64,000 nucleotides of DNA from a bacterium (GCA_965205865.1 CBDBHR010000029.1:512001-576000), one strand, 5' to 3'; shown: positions 40,241-50,087, counted from the first letter of the stretch. Made by a program: numbers and translations. The notes: generated from the letters alone by a model not told the origin.

Positions 40241-40430
40241 CGCCTGGCATAGATCTCAAAAGCCTGACGTTGAGTTGGTGCGACTCACTCTTGGCCAGTT
40301 CTCGAATTTGCCGGGTCAAACGAAGATTCTGAGTTTTAAGAAAGTGCAGTTGTTCAAGGTAGCTTTGTAAAGATAAGTCGAAACGCGCATCGTTTTCACT
40401 ATGTGGAAAGGTGAGCTCTATCACTGCCGT
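40235..40430 (-). mobile_element. IS110-family transposase internal fragment
   Basis: YLEQLHFL...IRELAK...LLRSMPGV resembles the start of the Transposase_20 domain (L.SIPG.G). Confidence 0.55.
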
Positions 40431-41483
40431 TTAAAACTCGAAGATCGCCCGACCTAGAATCTCACCTGCTTTCAGGGCGTCACACGCCTCGTTGGCCTGC
40501 TCCAGTTGGTAGCGGGCAGTTACCAGTTTATCGAGCGAGAACTTGCCCTCCTTGTTCCAGCGGAGATACATCGGGAAGTCTTGATCAGGAACACAGGCTC
40601 CATGGCTGCCCCGGTACTGTTTTTGTTCAAACATAAAACTGAGCGGGTTCAGCGTCATCTCCGATCCCGGGATCCCAATAAGGATGGCCATGCCCCCATG
40701 GTTATGGGCTCCATGCCACCCAGGCCGAGTCGCACGCTGGATCTGCTCATTGGTGACCCGTAACCCAATCGCGTCGAAGGCGTAGTCAACGCCACCACCG
40801 GTCAATTCCACAATCGCTTCCACCGCATCCCTCTCACCGGCGTTCACCCCATGGGTGGCGCCGAACTCTTTGGCAAAAGCCAGCTTGTCGTCCTTCAGAT
40901 CGACCGCGATGATGGGATAAGCCTCCAAAAGGGCGGCCATGCGGATCGCGGACAACCCGACCCCGCCCACCCCGAATACTGCCACCGATTCGTTGGGTCT
41001 CACGTTGGCCGTATGCAGCACCGCGCCGGCTCCGGTGAGCACGGCACAGCCCACAATACAGCTGAGATCCGTGGGATCATCCTTCGAGATGGGGACTATG
41101 AACCCTCCCTCTGCCAACGTATATTCACTCCAAGTGTACACTCCGGCAAGGGCCGCCACGGGCTGCCCCCGGAAGGTTGTTCCGGAGGGAGGAATTTTGG
41201 GCCGGGCCCCAAAGGGGGGTTGGTGCACCCAGGTCACGATGACATGATCGCCTTCCTTGACATGCTTGACCTCTTGACCTGCTTGGATGACCACCCCGGT
41301 ACCCTCGTGGCCCACCACCAATGGATGGGCAGGGGAGCCCTGCAATTCTTTCAGCTGAGAATGACAGATGCCACTGGAGAACAGCTTGACGACCACCTGG
41401 TCAGGACGAGGATCCGGAATCTCGAGTTCATCAATGATGAGACGCTCCTGAGGAGCGGGTTGGATGGCTGCTTTGCTTTTCAT
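40431..41483 (-). CDS. zinc-binding (MDR) alcohol dehydrogenase
   Basis: GICHS, GHEGTG, GCAVLTG, FGVGGVG; AGGAG RBS before MKSKAA. Confidence 0.92.
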   Translation of the reverse strand: MKSKAAIQPAPQERLIIDELEIPDPRPDQVVVKLFSSGICHSQLKELQGSPAHPLVVGHEGTGVVIQAGQEVKHVKEGDHVIVTWVHQPPFGARPKIPPSGTTFRGQPVAALAGVYTWSEYTLAEGGFIVPISKDDPTDLSCIVGCAVLTGAGAVLHTANVRPNESVAVFGVGGVGLSAIRMAALLEAYPIIAVDLKDDKLAFAKEFGATHGVNAGERDAVEAIVELTGGGVDYAFDAIGLRVTNEQIQRATRPGWHGAHNHGGMAILIGIPGSEMTLNPLSFMFEQKQYRGSHGACVPDQDFPMYLRWNKEGKFSLDKLVTARYQLEQANEACDALKAGEILGRAIFEF

Positions 41484-41575
41484 GTTTACTCCTTTCATGA
41501 AGATGATTACCGTAAGGAAAAAGGAAAGTAGACCATAAGAATCTCCTTATTGAAAGTATTAAATCACATCTTCTT

Positions 41576-41815
41576 TTATTCTCGCTCGCCAGTCAGGGTC
41601 GGCACGATGTCCCCCAGAGTGGTACCGAAGTTGTTTTCCCGATTGTGTCGAAAAGCCGTGAAATTCAACATATGCCGGTCCGATTGCCGGCTTCCGGTCA
41701 CGAGATCATGAATTTTTACCGGTGTGTGACTGGCGGCCACCCGATACCAGTCGATCGGCGTCTCCGGATCGCAAGTGCGTAACGCCACAGCGATGCGCCG
41801 ATCCTCGCTCGGCGC
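41576..41815 (-). pseudogene. GC-rich gene fragment, possibly dioxygenase C-terminus
   Basis: SEDRRIAVALR resembles the C-terminal strand of PhyH-type 2OG dioxygenases; no proper start. Confidence 0.3.
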
Positions 41816-41827
41816 CAATAAATTTTA

Positions 41828-42022
41828 TTCGGTCTGAAGTGAGAAAGGCGTATCCGGATCAATGGCTTGTTATTGAAGCTCTGAAAACCCATACGGAACC
41901 GAACAGGCGACGATACCTTGATCGAAATGCTGTCATTGAGAGTTGTCCTGATGGAAAGACGGCTTTACAAAATTATCGCAAAATCCACCAACAATATCCG
42001 CATCGTGAGCGAATATTTTATC
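41828..42022 (+). pseudogene. remnant of small conserved hypothetical protein
   Basis: SEVRKAYPDQWLVIEAL...HQQYPHRE; both ends degraded. Confidence 0.4.
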
Positions 42023-42059
42023 CCATGAGGCCTATCCCTATTGGGCTTCGTCTCAGTCA

Positions 42060-42105
42060 TTACCACCGACAGAGCCGGTGGTTTGAAGGGCCCCCAGGAT
42101 AAGGG
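42060..42105. mobile_element. IS200/IS605-type end hairpin remnant
   Basis: ACCACCGACAGAGCCGGTGGT hairpin followed by CCCCCAGGATAAGGG. Confidence 0.4.
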
Positions 42106-42335
42106 CAAGTCGTGTTCGTAATCATAAGACGTGCTCGTGAACGAAAAAGGCTTGCGTATTTGTATTTAATTTTTGTTAAAAGTGGCTCTAAATGACCCCG
42201 ATAAATACCACTTTGCAAGCCTTACTCCGATATTTTCTACCTTTCAGAAACGATGAAAAGTCGTTGCCAGTTGTAGTCTTTTTGATACCATTGTAGTCAC
42301 TTGTCATCACTTAAAAATAGAAAATGGAGAATTTT

Positions 42336-42602
42336 ATGAAGCTCACAATAAGAATGCCAGACGAATTTTTACCAAAACTTGAAGAGATCGCCCAAAAAAC
42401 GGGATTAAAAAAATCAGATATCACGAGAATGGCTATCAAAAAATTTATTGCTGAATACTATGGCGAAGACAATCAACCTTTGTTTGAGCGGGCAGCTCCA
42501 TTTTTGGGTGTGGCTGAAAGTGGGATCAATGATCTGGGACAAAATCATCGGCAATATTTAATAAATAGACTTCGAAACGCGGAGCACCGCTCGAAGGATT
42601 GA
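42336..42602 (+). CDS. ribbon-helix-helix (CopG-like) antitoxin
   Basis: MKLTIRMPDE...GLKKSDITRMAI...SGINDLGQNH; upstream of a PIN toxin. Confidence 0.85.
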   Translation: MKLTIRMPDEFLPKLEEIAQKTGLKKSDITRMAIKKFIAEYYGEDNQPLFERAAPFLGVAESGINDLGQNHRQYLINRLRNAEHRSKD

Positions 42603-42606
42603 AACC

Positions 42607-43014
42607 ATGAATGCAATTCTTGATACTGGACCTTGGGTGGCTTTAATTGATCGTAGTGAATCCAAACATAAATTATCGACAGATTGGCTCCAAGCATATA
42701 AAGGAAAATTGTTCACAACTGAAGCCAACCTAACAGAAGTTCTTTATTTATTAAATTTTTCAATCATGGCTCAAACTGCAGCATTAGATTTTGTACTTCA
42801 TTCCGTTGTTGAAATCGTTCCGTCTACGAAATCAAGTCTGAAAAAGTCTCAAGAACTTATAATAAAGTATAACGACTTACCTATGGATTTTGCGGATGCC
42901 ACGCTTGTGACTCTCGCCGTTGATACCGGCGTATATAAAATTGTCACATTTGATTACAAAGATTTTTCAATTTACAAACCTGCCAAACAAGAACATTTTC
43001 AATTGATGCCTTGA
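42607..43014 (+). CDS. vapC: PIN-domain VapC toxin
   Basis: ILDTGPWVAL, TE, MDFADATLV, TFDYKDF acidic tetrad. Confidence 0.9.
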   Translation: MNAILDTGPWVALIDRSESKHKLSTDWLQAYKGKLFTTEANLTEVLYLLNFSIMAQTAALDFVLHSVVEIVPSTKSSLKKSQELIIKYNDLPMDFADATLVTLAVDTGVYKIVTFDYKDFSIYKPAKQEHFQLMP

Positions 43015-43286
43015 TATTTGTCACACCGAGATGAAATGCCTTGCGATAACCTTCCCCCACTCCGGAAAGCCCGGCCCGGTCTCATACCCACCGCCGACCA
43101 TCCCAAATCGATAAAAGCGAATGGCTTCCTGAGGATCCTTTTGGACGATCTCGCGCCAGTAGTCCGGAAAGGGGGGAAATCGCTCTTCAATGAGCGCATT
43201 TAATTCCTCGACCTGCAACTTATAGCGCATCCACCATGAAATGATCATATGATATGAGGGATCGCAGGCCCACACCAAGGATTCGC

Positions 43287-43475
43287 ATGGCTATACCGCT
43301 TCCAGTCCGAGAACTGATCGTCTCCCGCCTTGTAGCGGGGGTTCCACGCAAAGTCATCACCGAGGCGACCGGGGTTTCCCCATGCACCCTCAGCCGCCTG
43401 CTCAGGCGTCACCGGGAAACCGGGAATATCGCGGCCCGCCACGGGCGCGGCCAGCGGATCAAGGTCGACGCCAGG
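43287..43475 (+). mobile_element. IS630/Tc1-type transposase N-terminal HTH fragment
   Basis: VRELIVSRLVAGVPRKVITEATGVSPCTLSRLLRRHRETGNIAARHGRG. Confidence 0.6.
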
Positions 43476-43900
43476 GCCTGCGAAATGACGGCCACAGTAA
43501 TCCGCAACGATCGTTAAGCGTAAGCCCGGATTGATCCGAGGAAAAGCGCTATGCCAGAGATTGCCGTGAATTACGCAAACGGAACCGGCAGGCGCCTCCA
43601 CCGGGACAGCGTCTTCGACCCCTTCACCTTGCTTAGGATGCCGGCAGAGTTTGTGGGAACCCGGTACAATGCGCAGGGCCCCATTGTCTTTGGTGTAGTC
43701 TGTGAGAAGCCAATTGGTATTGCGCTTGCGCAGTCCAACAGCAGGCAACACCGGGCCTCGATACAATCCTGTATTTTCGTGCAACTGCAGTGTGGGACCG
43801 TAGCCCACGGGGTCCTGCCATTTGATGTAACTGGTAAACGTGGACAACTGACAATCCACGCCAAGATAGTATTCGATCAACGGTAAGGTCATGGGGTGTT
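43475..43900 (-). pseudogene. phytanoyl-CoA dioxygenase (PhyH) family internal fragment
   Basis: LH-E, WLLTDYTKDNGALRIVPGSH, APAGS, LWH, R..; truncated at both ends. Confidence 0.75.
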
Positions 43901-43919
43901 GCACTATCTCCTCAAAGAC

Positions 43920-44490
43920 TCGATCTTTTTCAAGAAATGTATAGAGGACATACTGGCTGCCAGAATACTCGCCTCATCCTTCCCTCGAATAGACGGCTTT
44001 GTCAGAAGACGTCTCAGGGCACTATTACGAAAACAGAAGAAAAGACCCGGATTCAGGCGGTTTGTCAATTGTATCGCATCACTGAAAAGCAACTCATTGC
44101 CAAGGGGAAAGAAAGAAAACCCTCTGAAGCAAGGTCGGTTATTGCCTGGATAGTACGAGAATCAGAAAATCTAACATTGGAAGTCTGGGGAGAGCGTTGT
44201 GGTCGGGATGGCGTCACCTTAAGCAATGCCATTCGAATTTTGCCAGAACGCGTCAAAACAGACAAAGATTTGGTAAACAGGATGAAAGAAATTGAGGAAA
44301 AACTATCAATCTCCTTCGGGTCTGACTCGCCGCAGCCACTCCGCGTACCGTAGCTGCGTTGAAAAAAAGATATTCCGACTAAATACTCCGCTCGAGCGAA
44401 GCGAAAGTCGAGCCTCAACGAGAGAGCTTGATCCGGGATAGCTTATTTGAAGAATTAAACGTCAAATGAAATAATCAAAGGCCTGACCTC
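43920..44490 (+). mobile_element. REP-associated tyrosine transposase (RAYT) C-terminal DnaA-like HTH remnants
   Basis: IQAVCQLYRITEKQL..KERKPSEARSVIAWIVRE...GRD..TLS; the tail ATAATCAAAGGCCTGACCTC resembles ends of these genes. Confidence 0.5.
43980..44056 (+). mobile_element. group II intron maturase (domain X) fragment
   Basis: FPRIDGFVRRRLRALLRKQKKRPGF. Confidence 0.6.
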
Positions 44491-44535
44491 TTTTCATTCC
44501 ATCAGCAAGCGAGGATTTTTACAATTTTTATGCGC

Positions 44536-45504
44536 TTACCATTTGAAAGGGTTGATCAGCCGGACCAGGAATCCGCGTTTGCGTTTTCCTGCGGCGCCGT
44601 AACTGCCCTCACCGCCCCGCAGGCGGGGATCGAGCAGATCCCTCATGGCATCGCCGAACATGTTGAGACTGTAGACGACAATCGTCAGGCAAAGCCCCGG
44701 CCAGAGCGCCAGCCGTGGCGCCATCTCCATGTATCTACGTCCTTCCCGGCTGAGCATTGCGCCCCAGTCGGGAAACGCGGGAGGCAGACCGTATCCGAGG
44801 AAGCTCAGAGCGGCTGCGGAGAGGATGTTGCCTCCGATGTTGACCGAGAAGATGATGATCAGGGGAGCCACGATATTGGGCAGGACGTGTCGCATCAGTG
44901 TTTTGGAGGTGGGGCTGCCAAGGGCCTGGGCGGCCAGAAAGTAGTCATTCTCTTTAATACCGATCACGGCGCCCCGGGGCACGCGGGAGCCACTAATCCC
45001 TCCGGTGATCCCCAGCACCACGATGATCTGGAATAAACCCGTCCCCACGATGGACATGATGGTTAACAAGAGCAGCAGTCCCGGAAAACACATCCAGGCA
45101 TCGACAAGGCGCTGCACCACCAGGTCGAATTTCCCGCCAATGAATCCGGAAGTGCCACCAATGAGGACCGCGACGAGCACATTGAGCGTGGTGGCGGCCA
45201 GCCCGACAATCAAGGAAAGACGCGCCCCATAGATCAGGCGGCTCAACAAGTCGCGCCCGATATGGTCGGTGCCCAGGAGATACTGGGCGGAGGGACCCTG
45301 AAACCGGTCTCTCAGGTGCATTTCATAAAAGGGATAAGGCGCCAGCGCATCGGCAAAGATGGCCACAAAAATCAAGAGCAAGACGATCACCCCGCAGGCC
45401 ATCCCCAGGGGCTTCTCCTTGAGCAGCCGGATCAGGAAATCCGCAAAACGGCCTCGTCGCTTGGGCTCACTGACTGCTGATTGTGTTTCTTGGGTGTTAT
45501 TCAT
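44536..45504 (-). CDS. peptide ABC transporter permease (DppC/OppC-like)
   Basis: LGTDHIGRDLLSRLIYGAR, HVLPN, LSFLGYG, GDAMRDLLDPR. Confidence 0.95.
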   Translation of the reverse strand: MNNTQETQSAVSEPKRRGRFADFLIRLLKEKPLGMACGVIVLLLIFVAIFADALAPYPFYEMHLRDRFQGPSAQYLLGTDHIGRDLLSRLIYGARLSLIVGLAATTLNVLVAVLIGGTSGFIGGKFDLVVQRLVDAWMCFPGLLLLLTIMSIVGTGLFQIIVVLGITGGISGSRVPRGAVIGIKENDYFLAAQALGSPTSKTLMRHVLPNIVAPLIIIFSVNIGGNILSAAALSFLGYGLPPAFPDWGAMLSREGRRYMEMAPRLALWPGLCLTIVVYSLNMFGDAMRDLLDPRLRGGEGSYGAAGKRKRGFLVRLINPFKW

Positions 45505-45526
45505 TTTGCGGATTGTTCTATAATAC

Positions 45527-45916
45527 AGTCCCGGAGGGACGAAAGGGAATAGCCCAGCGATTCATCGCTGGAAAAGGCCCCCCCCTCCTCCTCAGCTAGT
45601 CCCGGAGGGACGAAAGGGAATAGCCCAGCGATTCATCGCTGGGAAAGGCCCCCCTCCTCAGCTAGTCCCGGAGGGACGACACTTCTTCGATCTTTCGAGT
45701 TACTCCCATAAGGAAAAAGGTGCTTTTTGATTTCAGGAGTCATCCTCTCAATTCGGATTTTTGTGCTAAAGACACAATGAAGATGATTGCTAATTTATGG
45801 AATGGGACATGAAACCTCATTGTTGTGTCGTCCCTCCGGGACTTTAAAGGAGACTGTCTTTAGGAAGTAGCCCAGCGATAAATCGCTGGGCTACTTCCTG
45901 TCGTCCCTCCGGGACT
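45527..45916. repeat. REP cluster (AGTCCCGGAGGGACG and CCCAGCGATWMATCGCTGG) flanking a deleted IS200/RAYT tnpA remnant
   Basis: Three direct copies on the left and two inverted on the right. Between them the minus strand encodes ISNHLHCVFSTKIRIERMTPEIKKHLFPYG. Confidence 0.8.
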
Positions 45917-45964
45917 TCTTCTTACATACGAATCTCAAACCCATATTTACCAGAAGCATAACGA

Positions 45965-46963
45965 CTATTCATACCGCACCCTCGGATCCAAATAAGGATA
46001 AATCAGGTCGATCAGGAGATTGATCCCCATCACCCCGGCGGCGAAAAACAGGTTGACTCCGGAGACCACCGGGTAGTCTCGGTCCTGGAGTGCCAGCAGC
46101 AAGAGACGACCGATCCCCGGCAGGTTGAAGATGTTCTCCATGATCACGGCGCCCCCGACCAGGAGTGGCAACTGCAGGCCGATCAGGGTGATAACCGGGA
46201 TGAAGGCATTCTTGAGGGCGTGTCTCACCACGACGACCCGCTCCTTGAGCCCCTTGGCCCAGGCGGAGCGGATATAGTCCTGCCTTAAGACCTCCAGCAT
46301 CATGGTGCGCGTCATGCGCATGGTGGCTGCCGACAGGGCCGTCCCCAGAATCAGGCTGGGAATGATGAACATCCCGAGATTCCCCAGCGAGTCTTCGGAG
46401 AAGGGAATCAGCTCCATCGAGGGCGACCAACCCCACCAGATGACGGGGTAGAGCATGACCATAATTCCCAGCCAGAAGTTCGGCGTGGCCAAGCCGATGA
46501 TGGCGAAGGTGCGCCCCAGGTAGTCGGCGGTCGTATCCTGGCGAATCGCCGAGTAGATGCCCACGGGCAGCGCGATCAACAGCCCGATGACGATGGCCAG
46601 GACACCAAGCTCCAGGGTGACTGGCAATCGAATGAATATCTCCACCTCTACCGGCCAACCGCCCAGCAGTGATTTGCCCAGGCTGCCCTGGAGGATACCG
46701 TTGAAGCGGGACTCACCGGTAACCCAGTCAGGGGTCGGCAACACTCCGATCCAGCGTCCATACTGCACGTAGACGGGCACGTCCAGTCCCAGTATACGCT
46801 CAAGCACGTCACGGTCTAACTTACCAACCGCCCACTCTGTCTCATCCGCCATCGTGTCTATGATATCGCCGGGGATGAAGCGCACGGACAGAAAGACCAG
46901 GACGCTCAATAGAAACAGGGTGGGAATTACGAGCAATAAGCGCCTGATGAGATAGGCTTTCAT
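45965..46963 (-). CDS. peptide ABC transporter permease (DppB/OppB-like)
   Basis: Paralog of 17594-18556 with the same motifs. Confidence 0.95.
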   Translation of the reverse strand: MKAYLIRRLLLVIPTLFLLSVLVFLSVRFIPGDIIDTMADETEWAVGKLDRDVLERILGLDVPVYVQYGRWIGVLPTPDWVTGESRFNGILQGSLGKSLLGGWPVEVEIFIRLPVTLELGVLAIVIGLLIALPVGIYSAIRQDTTADYLGRTFAIIGLATPNFWLGIMVMLYPVIWWGWSPSMELIPFSEDSLGNLGMFIIPSLILGTALSAATMRMTRTMMLEVLRQDYIRSAWAKGLKERVVVVRHALKNAFIPVITLIGLQLPLLVGGAVIMENIFNLPGIGRLLLLALQDRDYPVVSGVNLFFAAGVMGINLLIDLIYPYLDPRVRYE

Positions 46964-47024
46964 ATGATGCCCCCTCCCCTACCCCTCCCACCAGGGGAGG
47001 GGGAATAAGGTTTTAACACAGCTT

Positions 47025-48884
47025 CTAATACCCCATTTCTTTCTTCAGCTCCTGGTCAATCCAGAGGCGGGTCCAGAGGGTAGGATAGTTACTCCCATCG
47101 AATATGTATTCACCGTTGTAGCCTTTAACCCACGGCTGGAGCGCGACAAAAAATGGCATTTTAAGCCCCCATATTTGCCAGTGCTTCTCTATTACGTACA
47201 TATCTGCCTTTTTAACCAGCGGCTTCTGCTCCTCAATGGTGGTAGCGGCTTCGGCGGCTTCAACCATGGCGTCATAAACCGGGTCCTGGACTCCGGGGCG
47301 GTTCCAGAGAGACCTGTCCGTATGGAACCCGCCTAACAGCCATATAGGGTCAGCATCCCAGCCTGCAAGCGCATTCACCATACCGTCATAAGTATGTTCC
47401 CTGATACTAGAGACATGACGAGCTCGGTCCTGGATAAAAATCTCTACCTCAACCCCAATGGCACGAAAGTACTCTACGAGTATTTCTGCATAGGTTATAG
47501 GGGATTGGAAGTAGTATTCCCAGGTGGTCTTGAATCGAATGCCGTCCGCGCCGCGCGGATACCCAGCCTCATCAAGGAGCTTCTCGGCCCCTTCCGGGTC
47601 ATAGGTATAGCGTTCCTGGATCTCTTCGGGCCACTCTTCAAATGGGTTGTTATACCCTTTTATGCCAGACCCGATCATCCCCTCGGGTTTCGTTTCTGCC
47701 CAACCCTTAGCCCAGGTCTCGCTAATGGTCTCAAGGTCCAGTGCCTTCTGCATGGCGATGCGCACCCTGATATCATTAAAGGGCGGCTTGCGTACATCGG
47801 GAGCAATACCATATACCATCCGACCACTAACCGGCATAAACACGATTTCAGGGTTGCTCTGCATGACGCTCTCGACCACGTCGATATCCCCTTGCTCAGC
47901 ACAGCCGCCAATCCCTATCAAATCAATCTTACCCGAGCGCAGTGCCGCTATAACTGATTCGTTTTCTTTAATAACCAGACCTCTGTACTCGTCAACATAG
48001 GGCAGGCGGTTCTCTGGGTATTTTTCGTCGTAGTCCCAGTAGTCAGGATTCCTGGTCCAGGTCATAGAGCTGCCAAAGACCCACTCGGTCAGCATAAAGG
48101 GCCCGGTGCCGACCAGGTTCCTCCAGTCCTTAAGGTCGCCGTGTTGTTCGATGACCTCGCGTGGTAATATCCAACCATTGGTGTCGCCGAGGATAATCAA
48201 CAGCGCACCGAGGTCTGGCCGCTTGAGTTTAATCTCAACCGTCCATTTGTCGGTGGCCGTTATCGATTCCAATGGCAGACCGGCGAGCTTGCGTGCATAG
48301 GGACTAGGTCCGGCGTCGGCGAACTTGCCCAGACCCGCATAACGGTGGTAGTTCCATTCGACATCATAGGCATCAAATTCTCGACTGTTCATTGGTGCCT
48401 TATTATGCCAGTGAACGCCCTGGCGGATGTTGAGGACATAAGTTGTTGGGTCGGGTTGCTCCCAGCTTTCAGCCAGGTGCCCTGTTCTGGCAAATTCAGG
48501 TATCCAGAACCCAGGGTTGAAGTTATATTCGTCCCTGGGTATTGCCCAGTTCCCGATGCTCAGCTTCTCTATAACCCCACTGATGGTGTGAGCGGCCGAG
48601 CTAAACCAGATGTCGGCATTACGCGGAGCCTCGCACTTCTGGACTTGGGTGAATGTCCCCCCATATCGAGGGGCTTCCACCATTTCACCGGTGCTGGGAT
48701 CCATCACCATCTTTTTCTCAGCCGCCACGGCCGAACCGACCCCGAGGGCGGCCACCATCAGGGTGAGGGTGAGCAACAAGGATTGCATCCCCGCTTTCGC
48801 GAGGACAAGCTTTTGTACAGCAGACCAAGCGCCTGCCGGGTTCAGCCCCGCGAAGGGGGGCGACAAGTTTTTCATACTATTCAT
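47025..48884 (-). CDS. peptide/nickel ABC transporter substrate-binding protein (family 5)
   Basis: GAGG RBS before MNSMKN; signal peptide; LAESW, VGTGPF, NPDYW; paralog of 18693-20528. Confidence 0.93.
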   Translation of the reverse strand: MNSMKNLSPPFAGLNPAGAWSAVQKLVLAKAGMQSLLLTLTLMVAALGVGSAVAAEKKMVMDPSTGEMVEAPRYGGTFTQVQKCEAPRNADIWFSSAAHTISGVIEKLSIGNWAIPRDEYNFNPGFWIPEFARTGHLAESWEQPDPTTYVLNIRQGVHWHNKAPMNSREFDAYDVEWNYHRYAGLGKFADAGPSPYARKLAGLPLESITATDKWTVEIKLKRPDLGALLIILGDTNGWILPREVIEQHGDLKDWRNLVGTGPFMLTEWVFGSSMTWTRNPDYWDYDEKYPENRLPYVDEYRGLVIKENESVIAALRSGKIDLIGIGGCAEQGDIDVVESVMQSNPEIVFMPVSGRMVYGIAPDVRKPPFNDIRVRIAMQKALDLETISETWAKGWAETKPEGMIGSGIKGYNNPFEEWPEEIQERYTYDPEGAEKLLDEAGYPRGADGIRFKTTWEYYFQSPITYAEILVEYFRAIGVEVEIFIQDRARHVSSIREHTYDGMVNALAGWDADPIWLLGGFHTDRSLWNRPGVQDPVYDAMVEAAEAATTIEEQKPLVKKADMYVIEKHWQIWGLKMPFFVALQPWVKGYNGEYIFDGSNYPTLWTRLWIDQELKKEMGY

Positions 48885-48885
48885 T

Positions 48886-49531
48886 GTAACCTCGTTTAAT
48901 TGAGGGTGTTGAGAACGATTCACCCGACATAGGGCGAATCGGTTTTCGCAGCAGACACAACGTCTGCCACGATCAGCCCCACGAATCGGGCCAGAAATTT
49001 CTTAAGATACATAGGGTCCTTTCTTTGCTTGAGGGGTAACTATTTAGGTCTCTGAAAAACCCGTTTAGTTCAATATCGGTGAAAAAAGATTCCCGAAGAG
49101 GATCCATCACTTCACTTCCTCCCGCACCTATTTTGAATCGAACGGGCGGGAACCCTCCCAAGATTTTGTTCAATCGATCGGGTCAACCCTCTCTTTTATC
49201 TGAAAAACACAACTTAACGAAGGCACGATTATAGTACAATAAAATGCAATGTCAATCCCCTGATGTAAAATAAATTCGGGATTCGCAAAAAAAAAAAAAT
49301 CAATAAATCTACTCAAATCCGGGGACAGTCAGAAGCCGTTCAGTTCAATAACGTTGAAAAAAGATTCCCGGGAAGGATCCATCGTTTTCACATCCTCCCG
49401 GGGTATTGTTCAATCGATCGAGCGGGAATCCTCCCACAGCTAATTTTGAATCAAACGAGCGGAAATCCTCTCCTTCCCTAAAACAACAAGGCATGATTTC
49501 AGCACTACTACGCGGCGCAAAGCCTATAGCA
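48886..49531. repeat. duplicated upstream region of ABC SBP operon (copy 2)
   Basis: Colinear with 20530-21180. Confidence 0.85.
48920..49012 (-). CDS. putative 30-aa leader peptide (MYLKKFLARFVGLIVADVVSAAKTDSPYVG)
   Basis: AAGGA RBS. Homologous to 20640-20702 (MDIKQFLAPIVGLNVADVVSA) and to the SBP N-termini. Confidence 0.4.
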   Translation of the reverse strand: MYLKKFLARFVGLIVADVVSAAKTDSPYVG

Positions 49532-49534
49532 AGT

Positions 49535-49786
49535 TTGGATCAGGAGAATTGCGCAACAAAGGAGGTCAGCTATAAAAAGATATATTGCGGTCCATCTTCG
49601 GCATGAGCCAAAAAGCGAATGTTCGCTCCACAGTCCAGCGTTTTTTCCAACGGCGATCATGATCGCAAACGCTTTGCCAGGGAGGTAAATCATGGCCAAG
49701 CATGCTCCACTGACAAGCCGTTTTCAGGACATACAAAATCGCATTGACGATGCTACGTTTGCTATGAATACTTTTGGCCACGCAGG
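49535..49786 (-). mobile_element. IS5-family (IS427-like) transposase remnant with large internal deletion
   Basis: IVNAILYVLKTACQWSMLGHDLPPWQSV joined directly to KRWTVERTFA. Confidence 0.75.
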
Positions 49787-49788
49787 GA

Positions 49789-49875
49789 GCGGATATCTCT
49801 CTCGGCTTGGTTGTTGTCAAAAGGAACTTGAAAGTCATGCATGAATAACAAGCTTTCCTTTTCATATAGTTACGA
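49789..49875 (-). mobile_element. IS66 transposase fragment
   Basis: [24 protein letters not shown]. Confidence 0.75.
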
Positions 49876-50087
49876 AAAATTTTGACAACCGAAATCAAGC
49901 CTGCTTGCGCGGTCAGGTCTTTGCCTCCCTGGCTGATATGGATGTTTTTTGCTGACGGTCTTGCCGATCTTGTGCTACGATTGTTCTTCATGGAAATGGT
50001 GATCTCTCAAAATGTTGATTTGGGTGTTAACTATTTGAATATATTACTATTTCCATGTTTGATTGTCATCCAATCGCAGAATTTGGG
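49876..50087 (-). mobile_element. IS1380-like left end and transposase N-terminus
   Basis: CCCAAATTCTGC end; MKNNRSTRSARPSAKNIHISQGGKDLTAQAGLISVVK (LT..AGL motif). Confidence 0.55.

Noticed and set aside
39975-40424. 149-aa ORF as a novel protein
   Set aside because: It is a chance in-frame fusion of IS110 and IS630 fragments.
43245-43904. 219-aa ORF as a complete dioxygenase
   Set aside because: The N-terminus is missing and the tail is antisense to a transposase HTH fragment.
45527-45680. Tandem repeats as a CRISPR array
   Set aside because: The intervening sequences are near-identical rather than unique spacers, inverted copies follow, and no cas genes are present.
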